The notes under the pieces: model-generated | What the model saw: only the letters and a program-made list of their open reading frames with translations | Databases searched by the model: none | Told to the model about the DNA's origin: nothing | Shown here: positions 8,965-17,300 of the stretch, piece by piece | Numbering within the stretch: the first letter of the stretch is position 1 | Layout of the letters: every line of letters starts with the position of its first letter | Virus record (IMG/VR): IMGVR_UViG_3300034357_001685 | Coordinates: 1 to 34,198 of that record | Reading direction: 5' to 3' (one strand) | DNA: 34,198 nt | Origin: a virus | Taxonomy: Duplodnaviria; Caudoviricetes | Translations under genes and position numbers: made by a program

Positions 8965-9106
8965 ACTCCACAGAAAACACCACTGGAGTCCAGCGGCTAT
9001 GGAGTAGCTGAAATCACTCCACTCCACCGGCTACTAAAGTAACGCCGGAGTGGAGTGGTCAGTGACCGTGATTCTCAGCGACTCCACTCCATCCGCGAAG
9101 TGGACT
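8965..9106. repeat. cluster of ACTCC(A)/(T)GGAGT repeats with hairpin
   Basis: At least 9 copies in both orientations; imperfect inverted repeat 9015-9031/9044-9057. Confidence 0.75.
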
Positions 9107-9134
9107 AAACCAACAAACAACCCAACCAAAAATT

Positions 9135-9824
9135 ATGAATCTCCCAAACCTGAAAAAAGCTCTCGCAAAAAATAGCAGCAATTCTGAAAGTAGCGCAGCC
9201 AGTGCGCTAGGTAGCGCAATCGGTAAGGACTCAGAGTCCCTAGGTAGGGACCGGGAAATCGGACTCAAAGGCCCTCGGATAAAGAAAACTTCCTTTAAGG
9301 AAGTAAAGAAAGACAGCCGCTTTCAGCGCGGCGAGTCTGAAGCCTCGCCCGCTAACGGGCAATCGAAAAAAACGCAACGCAAAAACGATGTCCCGCGCGT
9401 AAAAGACCGCGCCGAGACGTTCGGCGAGCAGTTCGAGCTGCTGCGCAAAAAGGAGCCGTCGATACGCCCGCTGGTCCGCGCTGTCCGGCGCCTGGCTGAT
9501 TGCATCAATGATGGGGCGCCCGAGGCAAGCGCTAAAGTCATCGCCGAGGCCAAGGTGGCCACGCATCGGATTTTCGACGTGCAGGCAAAAGTGCTCGTCG
9601 AGGTGCCGGACCACAAAACGCGATTAGCTGCCGTGACGTTGGAATTAGCCTACGTCGAAGGTTTGCCGGTCAAACGCGAGATTGTGCTGACCGGCTCATT
9701 CGAGAGCGGGGAGTCGGTGATCGAGCGGCTCAAGGGGAGCCCGGAGGCAATGAGGGTCATGCTCGGTATTCAAAAAACGGGGGGTGTCATTGACGACGAC
9801 ACCACCACGGGAGAGGCGCTGTGA
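9135..9824 (+). CDS. hypothetical protein, candidate terminase small subunit
   Basis: 229 aa upstream of terL, with helical C-terminal half 'VEVPDHKTRLAAVTLELAYVEGLPVKRE'. The call is mostly positional and the start is uncertain. Confidence 0.45.
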   Translation: MNLPNLKKALAKNSSNSESSAASALGSAIGKDSESLGRDREIGLKGPRIKKTSFKEVKKDSRFQRGESEASPANGQSKKTQRKNDVPRVKDRAETFGEQFELLRKKEPSIRPLVRAVRRLADCINDGAPEASAKVIAEAKVATHRIFDVQAKVLVEVPDHKTRLAAVTLELAYVEGLPVKREIVLTGSFESGESVIERLKGSPEAMRVMLGIQKTGGVIDDDTTTGEAL

Positions 9825-10219
9825 TTAGCGTGTTCAGTAATCGACCGATTTTTGAAAATACCGGTTTACTGGCAGGAGGCTCGTGCATACAGCCAAGTGT
9901 GAAAACCAAAAACACCATCCCGCATGACGAGCGAAACAACTACGGGCAGGCGGCAGCAAAAGCCCTAATTCGGGCGCAGGCGGCCCGCAGGCAGGCTTTC
10001 ACTCCTCGCGAGGGGGGTGGGAGCGGAAGGCCGCTAAAATCTGCCAGAATCGCATTTTCTTGCGGTGCTGCGGACGGGTTGTTCCTGATGGTCACCCTCC
10101 GCGCTGAATTTCGGCGCTGGTGGAGTCGCCGCAATGCGGACCCCGCCATGCGGGAGTATTCCAGGACGGAGGCCCGGGCGGCCATTCGGCTGCTGCGAAA
10201 ACTCAAGGAGGCCCTATGA
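9821..10219 (+). CDS. hypothetical basic protein
   Basis: Coupled by GTGA and ATGA overlaps; the true start may be downstream (GTG 9899). Confidence 0.45.
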   Translation: MISVFSNRPIFENTGLLAGGSCIQPSVKTKNTIPHDERNNYGQAAAKALIRAQAARRQAFTPREGGGSGRPLKSARIAFSCGAADGLFLMVTLRAEFRRWWSRRNADPAMREYSRTEARAAIRLLRKLKEAL

Positions 10220-10818
10220 GGGTGGCTCTCTACTATCGGGTCAGCACCCAGGAGCAGACTACCGAGCCACAGAGGCTCGAGTTGCTGGAATACTGCCGCC
10301 GTCGGCAGTGGGACAAGATCACGGAATTTACCGACGTGATCAGCGGCAGCAAGTTTGCCCGAGTGGGGTTGGACATGCTGATGCGCGGAGTGCGCAAGCG
10401 CGCGTATGACGTGGTTGTGGTCGTCAAGCTGGACCGCCTCGGGCGGAGTCTCACGCATCTGGCGCAGCTTGTTGGCGAGCTGGAGTCGCATCGCGTGGCG
10501 GTGGTTGCCACCACGCAGGGCATCGACACTACGGAGAGCAATCCGGCCGGCCGATTGCAGATGCACGTATTGATGGCCGTGGCGGAGTTTGAGCGGGACA
10601 TCATCCGGGAGCGCACCAAGGCCGGCCTGAAGGCAGCGGTGGCCCGGGGCAGCACGCTCGGTCGGCGAGCGCTGCGGTGGACTCCGGAGCAGACGGCGAC
10701 CATTGCCGGGTGGCAGGGCACGGTTGCGGGACTCGCGACCGCCCTCGGGTGCAGCCTGGGTAAAGCGCATGGGCTGCTCCGGGCCAAGCGCCTTGACAGC
10801 GATAAACCGGCAGATTAG
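10216..10818 (+). CDS. small serine recombinase (resolvase/invertase family)
   Basis: 'MRVALYYRVST.EQ' with catalytic Ser, 'KLDRLGRS', 'AEFERDIIRERTKAG' and a C-terminal HTH; AAGGAGG upstream of ATG 10216. Confidence 0.93.
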   Translation: MRVALYYRVSTQEQTTEPQRLELLEYCRRRQWDKITEFTDVISGSKFARVGLDMLMRGVRKRAYDVVVVVKLDRLGRSLTHLAQLVGELESHRVAVVATTQGIDTTESNPAGRLQMHVLMAVAEFERDIIRERTKAGLKAAVARGSTLGRRALRWTPEQTATIAGWQGTVAGLATALGCSLGKAHGLLRAKRLDSDKPAD

Positions 10819-10821
10819 CCT
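10793..10821 (+). promoter_or_regulatory. sigma70-like promoter for terL
   Basis: TTGACA (10793), 17 nt, TAGCCT (10816). Shares the 13-mer TTGACAGCGATAA with the site at 32900. Confidence 0.6.
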
Positions 10822-10830
10822 CCCTGCCTC

Positions 10831-12687
10831 ATGAATTCTCATGACATCGTGCGAGCAAACCCCGGCGTGTGGTTCGAGACCTACGGGCGCATCCGCGACA
10901 CTAGCGGGAAGCAGGTGACGCCGCGCATGAATGTGCTGCAGCGCCGGATCAACGCGCTGTATGTGCAGCGGCTGATGGAGCAGCAGCCCCTCCGGGCGAT
11001 AGGCCTCAAGCCCCGCAAGCGAGGATTCTCGACCATGGTGGCGGCGATCCATTACGCGCAGCTGCAGAACTTCGCGCATCAGGGCGTCGTCATTGGGGAC
11101 AAGCTGGAGACGGCCGATGTCGTGTTCCGAATGATGCAGAATTTCTCAGACCACGACGGATTCAAGCTCAAGTGGGGCAGCAAGCCCGACTCCACGAGCG
11201 AGCGGATGCGGTTTCCTCACGGGTCGCTCCTCCTGCAGGCCACAGCACGCGGCAAGGCCACGGCGCGCGGCATGACGCCGCAGTTCATCCATGGCACGGA
11301 GGTCAGTCACTGGGAGAGCCCTGAGGAAGCGATGGACGCCTCGATGAACGCTGTGCCCGACTCGGGATTCAACACGGTCTTTTGGGAATCGACGCCCTTT
11401 GGGGCAGGCGAGCCATTCGCGCAGACATGGGAGTCGGCGCGATGGCCTACTGCGGAAGAGTGCGGAGGCGCCGAGTATTGGAAACCCTGGGAAGCTATGT
11501 GCCCCGACCAGCCACCTGGAGGTCTGCGCGACCGGCTGTTCGTTCGGGTATTCGCAGCCTGGTATGAATTTGACGAAAGCGTCATGAAGCTGACTGCTGA
11601 TCAGAAGCGGGAGATCCGCGACAGCTTGGACTCGGAGAGTTGGTATCGAGGCGAGCAAAAGCTCATCGACCTCTACGGCAACGACGGGCCGGTGGGCCTG
11701 CGCCTCGGGACCGAGGTCGGGCATGCTGATGTGTGGGAGCAACTGGCATGGCGACGGTTGACGATCAAGACCAAGTGCCGAGGCAGTGTGCGCATTTTCA
11801 ATGAGGAGCATCCGACCGACCCGAAGTCGTGCTTCCTGGCGAGCGGCCGTCAGGTGTTTGACGAGGACGGCATCACGCATATCCAGTTGCTTTGCCGAGA
11901 ATCGCCAACGCATGGCGATGTCAACGACCAGGATGGACGGGCGACATGGCGACCGACCTCGATGGACGCAGCGACGGTGTGGCGCTGGGAAGCCCCGAAG
12001 GTTGGGTGCCGGTATCTCATCTCGGCGGACTTGGCGGAGGGCGAGGACCAGACGAAGGGCGACAACCCCGATGCGCACTCGGCGCTGGTGTGGCGGGACG
12101 AGTATCTGGACGAGCGCGGGGTGCTGTGGCCGATCAAGCTGGCCGCGCGGGTGAGGCCACCGAACCGGATGCCCATGATCCCGTTTGCGAGGTTGGTGAG
12201 GGCGCTGTCCTGGTATTACGGGAACTGCATGGTCATTCCGGAAATGAATAATTCAGGCATGTCGTTCATGACGGCACTTCGCATGATGGAAGGTGGGCCG
12301 TGCCCCCCGATCTGGCAGCGGAGGGAGCGCGATCCGCACAGCGGCACCGAGCGGGCATGGGACGGCTGGAGGACGACGGACAGTGCGGAATACAAGGGCG
12401 TGCGGGCGACGATCATCTGGCACATGCACGAGTTACTGCGCAACAAGCTAGTGGAGATTCGTTGTCCCAATATGGCGACGGAGTTGGCCGATTTTGTGGA
12501 CAAGCGGGGGCGGATGGAAGCCGGTAGCGGTCACGACGACGATGTGATGTCGGCGGCGATCGGGCTGTATAACATCGGGTCGGCAACGGAGTATGCCCGG
12601 GCGGTGCGGGTGGACTTCATGCCAAGGGATGTGGAGCTGTGTGAAGCGAGGGATACGAAGAGCGGGATGTTGGCGATGAAATGGTGA
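10831..12687 (+). CDS. terL: terminase large subunit
   Basis: Walker A 'LKPRKRGFST', Walker B 'FIHGTEVSHW', coupling motif 'ESTPFG', RNase-H-like 'ISADLAEG', 'IPEMNNSG' and 'HDDDVMS'. Confidence 0.92.
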   Translation: MNSHDIVRANPGVWFETYGRIRDTSGKQVTPRMNVLQRRINALYVQRLMEQQPLRAIGLKPRKRGFSTMVAAIHYAQLQNFAHQGVVIGDKLETADVVFRMMQNFSDHDGFKLKWGSKPDSTSERMRFPHGSLLLQATARGKATARGMTPQFIHGTEVSHWESPEEAMDASMNAVPDSGFNTVFWESTPFGAGEPFAQTWESARWPTAEECGGAEYWKPWEAMCPDQPPGGLRDRLFVRVFAAWYEFDESVMKLTADQKREIRDSLDSESWYRGEQKLIDLYGNDGPVGLRLGTEVGHADVWEQLAWRRLTIKTKCRGSVRIFNEEHPTDPKSCFLASGRQVFDEDGITHIQLLCRESPTHGDVNDQDGRATWRPTSMDAATVWRWEAPKVGCRYLISADLAEGEDQTKGDNPDAHSALVWRDEYLDERGVLWPIKLAARVRPPNRMPMIPFARLVRALSWYYGNCMVIPEMNNSGMSFMTALRMMEGGPCPPIWQRRERDPHSGTERAWDGWRTTDSAEYKGVRATIIWHMHELLRNKLVEIRCPNMATELADFVDKRGRMEAGSGHDDDVMSAAIGLYNIGSATEYARAVRVDFMPRDVELCEARDTKSGMLAMKW

Positions 12688-12701
12688 CAGCGAAAAACAG
12701 C

Positions 12702-12730
12702 TTGACAGCGTGAGCGGCGGGGATTAGTTG
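12702..12730 (+). promoter_or_regulatory. putative promoter of the TTGACAGCG class
   Basis: TTGACAGCG at 12702 with GATTAG at the same offset (+20) as in the 10793 site; 49 nt before ATG 12751. Confidence 0.5.
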
Positions 12731-12750
12731 CGGGAGCAACCAGCCTGCCA

Positions 12751-14046
12751 ATGCCACCCAAAGACGACACCAAGAAGCGAAATTTGAATCTCACCGACTC
12801 GCCTGAGTCATTTGCTCAACTGCCGGCCAAGCCATCGCTCGCGCAGGAAGTGATGGCGTATGAGAACGACCCAGTGGCGCGAGCGGCTTACCAAGAGAAC
12901 CTAGACATCGACAGCGACTACAAGAAAGAAGCCACTCGGTCGATGCGCTCGAAAAACGACGCAGACCCTTATGTGGCCCGGAGCGAGGGCCGGGCTCGCT
13001 CGAGGGCGGATCGGGCCGGGAAGGTAGAGGCGGCAGAGCAAAAGCGGTCCGATTTTTGGGATCAAGGGAAACAAGGCACAGCGGCCAACGAGGCCCAGCA
13101 GGAAAGGAACGCAGCCTTCCAGAGGACAGACGCGGCAAGGCAGGGAGCGAAGGATGAGGCCATTGCGCCCATACGGGAGCAGGCCCTAGCCCGCAACAAG
13201 GCACAGGCCCAAGAGCAGCAGAACATGCAAGACCCGGACAAGCGCATGGCCGCGCTGCGCATGGATATGGCGCGCGACGGTCGGCGACTATCGTATGCTG
13301 AATTGAGCGGACCCGAAGGCAAGAAGTCCACCTACATGAGGCCCACCAAAGAAGGCACCGAAGGGTATCTGGCTACGCGGGGCAAAAAGAATTTCCAAGA
13401 CATGGCAAACAAAGCGGTTGGCATGGCAAGCGCGAAGCCATCCCCGGGATTGCCGCAGAACATGACGGCTGCAGCCCCGCAAGCGGGCATCGACCGCGCA
13501 ACCAACGCGACGGCATCGGCGACGCCCAAGCCGGCGACGCCCAAGGTGGTCATGCCGACATATAATCGGCCGCCTGCGCAGCCTGACCCGAACGTGTTGC
13601 CCCCCGGAGCGCCTGCGCAGCCCGACCCGAATGCAGCAGCGGCGATTGCGAGTTTCAACCAGACGCAGGAGAATCTCCCTCGAGGGTCATCCATGGCGCA
13701 GACCGCCAACCTGCAGAATTTGCAAAAGGGGAACGTGCCGACGTTGGCAAGTGTGCCAGGTGAGTTGGCTCGCAGAACGGGAAGCGGACTAGGTGCGGTG
13801 GGGCAATCGATAGCAACGAGTGCGCCGGTCAGAGCCGTTGGAAATGTTTTAAGCGGCAAGACGCCATTAGTTGGCAAAGCCAAAACTCCCGCTCCCAAGC
13901 TTGCGGCCACAGGCACCCTCCCGAGCGGACGCCCGGTGACAGCGACGGCCGAGGCTGTTGCCCCGCAAAGACCGGTTGCCCCAAGGACTACGGTGCAGGC
14001 GGCGCAGAAGAAAAAACAAATCAACCCACTGTTGGCTGTGAAATAA
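12751..14046 (+). CDS. hypothetical low-complexity protein (possible virion/ejection protein)
   Basis: 431 aa with A/Q/K-rich coiled N-half and P/A/T-rich C-half containing ATPKPATPK and PAQPDPN x2 repeats. Function inferred from position only. Confidence 0.7.
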   Translation: MPPKDDTKKRNLNLTDSPESFAQLPAKPSLAQEVMAYENDPVARAAYQENLDIDSDYKKEATRSMRSKNDADPYVARSEGRARSRADRAGKVEAAEQKRSDFWDQGKQGTAANEAQQERNAAFQRTDAARQGAKDEAIAPIREQALARNKAQAQEQQNMQDPDKRMAALRMDMARDGRRLSYAELSGPEGKKSTYMRPTKEGTEGYLATRGKKNFQDMANKAVGMASAKPSPGLPQNMTAAAPQAGIDRATNATASATPKPATPKVVMPTYNRPPAQPDPNVLPPGAPAQPDPNAAAAIASFNQTQENLPRGSSMAQTANLQNLQKGNVPTLASVPGELARRTGSGLGAVGQSIATSAPVRAVGNVLSGKTPLVGKAKTPAPKLAATGTLPSGRPVTATAEAVAPQRPVAPRTTVQAAQKKKQINPLLAVK

Positions 14047-14051
14047 ATGTT

Positions 14052-14357
14052 ATGGAAAAAACAGACATAGTAAACCCGACTTTCAAGCCAGCCCAGAGGA
14101 GCACGGAAACCTCGCGTAACCCATCTATGGCGCAAGCGGCCAACTTGAAAAATTTACGGAAAGGCGACATCCCGACACTGGCAAGTGTTCCCGCAATGAT
14201 TGCGAATAAAGCTGAACAATCTGTGCATTCGTTTGTGCGAGAGGGAATGAAGCAGCGACCAAACCGGCTTCGAGATGGTGCGCTGGTGTTGAAAGACATT
14301 GTCACAGGAAAAAAACCTTTAATCGCCACCGGCCGCAAAGCGCAAACGGAGCGCTAA
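14052..14357 (+). CDS. hypothetical protein, partial paralog of the upstream gene's C-terminus
   Basis: 'SMAQAANLKNLRKGDIPTLASVPA' versus upstream 'SMAQTANLQNLQKGNVPTLASVPG'. Confidence 0.65.
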   Translation: MEKTDIVNPTFKPAQRSTETSRNPSMAQAANLKNLRKGDIPTLASVPAMIANKAEQSVHSFVREGMKQRPNRLRDGALVLKDIVTGKKPLIATGRKAQTER

Positions 14358-14367
14358 TTTTCCTTAG

Positions 14368-17300
14368 ATGATCGACACCGACGACGAAGAGGAATTGATC
14401 CCCGGCAGCACGGCCGAGGACTATGTGGAAGCGGAGCCGGAGCCAGTCCCCGCTGCGGCGCCTTCCGCGCCCAGCGATGATTTTGCAACGATGCCCGAGC
14501 CTCCCGAGGCCCCGGCATTTGAGGTCACGCCGAAGCCTCCGCGCCGCCCGGAGTTGAGTCCGGCGCCCTCGGACTACCCGAAGAATGTGGCGCGCATGCG
14601 CGATTGGGCGGAGCGGACGGGAGAGTGGGAAGAGCGCGAGAACGCTAAAGCGGCGCGCAAGGAATTTAGCGAAGCGCGCCGGACGCACAACGCCGAGACG
14701 CGGAAGGTGAGCGCGGCGACAGGGGCGCAGTATGACTACGACGCCGACCGCCTCGCCCGCCCGAGGATCGACCCGCAGACCGGCGAGCAGGCATTCACGA
14801 AGCGCGTGAGTCCCGTGCGGTGGGACGAGCAGGGGCGGCCCTTCCAGGTCATCCAGAACGAGCAAGGCAAGCGCAGCGAGCGGATCGCCGATCCGGATGC
14901 CGGTGCCGCGATTGGCCCGAACCCCACCGCCCCCGAAGACCCCTCTATTTACCGGAAAACCAAGTTTCAACCGTGGGAAGCCATCGACCCCGAGGAAGGC
15001 ATTAACTCCCCGGATGGCCGGGTGGTGCGCGCCAGCGCGAAGGCGCTTTTTGATCGGGAAAAAACCACGATGAAGCGCGAGCGCGACGAGATTGCCTTGA
15101 ACTTGGGCGACCCTGCGCGACCGACCGGCTTGAGCCCCGAGGCCCGGGCGAAAGTCGAAGGCGAACGGCAGGGGTTGGCGGAGCCCGCGCCGCCGCCTGC
15201 GGAGGTCAAAGGAATGTTCGGCGGAGTGAATATCGAAGCCACGGAAGCTGCGAAGAAAAAATGGCAGGAAGGCGAAGCGTTCCGCTCTGGGTTGTTGGCC
15301 GAGAAGCAAGCGATGCTGGCGGCAGACGACGAACGCGCCGGGTTGAAAGCCCGAGCCTACGAACTTGATCAAAACTTGTTTGGGCTGGAAAAAATGCCCC
15401 TCTCTGAGTTCGTGCAGGAACGCCGCAAAAAAAAAGCGGAGAGCCTGGCGGCCCTTGATCCCGAGGCCGCCCAGGCGGAGATCGAGAAGCGGGGAGCAGC
15501 GATCGCTGAGGAAGACGCCGCCACGGACGCGGCCATGCAAGAGGTGCAGCGCCGCAACGCCGCGCTGAACGAGCGCACGGCAAAAGGCATCACGCTGCAA
15601 GAAATGGACTCCGTCGCCACCGAGCGCGCCGCGATCGAAGCCGACGCAGCGGGGCTCGAGGAGCGCATTGCCAAGCGCAACGCCGCCGCCGGGGAAGTCA
15701 TGCAGGGTGTGGAGGCGATCAAGGCGAAGGACGCCGTGGAACGGAAAAAATCCCGCGACGAAATTCGTAAAACGCCCGAGCTTGCGCCTTTCGCTGATCG
15801 TCTCGACGCGCTCGACGCCGAGACCGAGACGCGGATGTCGGCCATCGACGCCATGCCGCAAGGGCCCGGCAAGGAAGCCGCCCGCGCTGCTTTGCAGGAG
15901 GACATTTCCCAAAAATCCGCCGTCATCGACAGCGAATACGGTGTCGCCGCGCGTGGAGGATTTCCAAAATCGTTTGACGATAAGGAATGGGACGACGCTG
16001 ACCGCAAAGCCTGGAAAGCCCTACCGAAGGAAAAGCAATCCGAGTTTTTGGAGACGAAAGCCTATGTGAACATCCGCGACGATATTCGCAGGCAATACGA
16101 CTTCACCGCCAACCGCACATTCGATCAATGGAAAGAGGAAAACGCCGAACGCCTCGCGGCGCAAAAACCCAACGCCACAAACGAAGAATTGCAGGCCGAC
16201 TACCAGAAAAGCCAAGAGACGATTTTGCGGGCATTGGAAGTCACGATGCGGCGAAAAGGCCCGACTCACGACGCCGCCGTGCTGGAGATTTTCCACAACA
16301 ACGACCCTCAGAAGCAGGCTTTGGCCGAGTTGGAGCGGAACCCTGCTGAGTATTGGGCCGGACAGATCAAGCGGGCTTTTGGAAATTACCAAGCATTCAA
16401 CGCCGCCGCCGCCGGGCTGATTGCCAATTTTATTCCCGGCCAGAAAGACAACGCAGCGTTAATGCTGCTGGGCGCACAGGATCAGCAAAATGACCTTGCC
16501 CGCAAATACCCGCAGGTGGTGGAAGGGATCAAAAATGTTGGATCCTCCGGCGATGCCGCCATGTGGGCTGGGCAAACATTGACGAGTTTGGCCCCGGACA
16601 TCGCCGAAAGCATAGCGGCAGGTGCAGCTGGAGCCGCCGTTGGAGCCGCCGTCGGAAGCGCCGTGCCCGTCGCGGGAACAGCGATCGGCGGAGCGGTGGG
16701 AGGTATCGGTGGTTTTTTTGCGCGATTGCTTGGCAAGGCGGCGGTTAAAAACCTTGCCAAAAAAGAACTTCTCAAGCAGGGCGTCAAAAAAATCACGCGC
16801 GAGGCGCTGGAGGCGACCGGAAAAAACATTCTCGCCCGCGAAGGTGTCGAGCAACTTTTGAAAACCGAAATCCGCCGCATCGGCGCGAAGACCGGCATCG
16901 TGCTTGGCGGAGCGGCCAGTTCCTACAAAGGCAACACGGCGGAGATTTACATGAACCTCCTCGGCGAGGAGGGCGTGGATGCCGACAGCGCCGCCGCCAC
17001 CGCGTTGGTTTTTGGCGTTCCCGCTGCCGCCATGGACATGGTGGCCGAAACCGGCCCGCTGACCCGCCTATTGGGATTTGGCGCCAAGCCCGCAAAAGAA
17101 TTCGCATCCGCCGCCGCGAAATATCGAGCCCGCGTGATGGAGGAAGCCGCGCAGTTTGGCGGAACGGTGCTCATGGAATCTGGGGCCGAGGGTGCGCAGG
17201 CGCTCACCGGCTTTGCAGCGAAACGATTCGCCAAGGACGGATTCGATTTTGCGAACTACTCGCCCATTACCCAAGAGGAATGGGATGAATTTGTCGAAAG

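Noticed and set aside
8902-9042. 46-aa ORF after the methyltransferase
   Set aside because: Short, AT-rich and running through the repeat/hairpin cluster; more likely non-coding.
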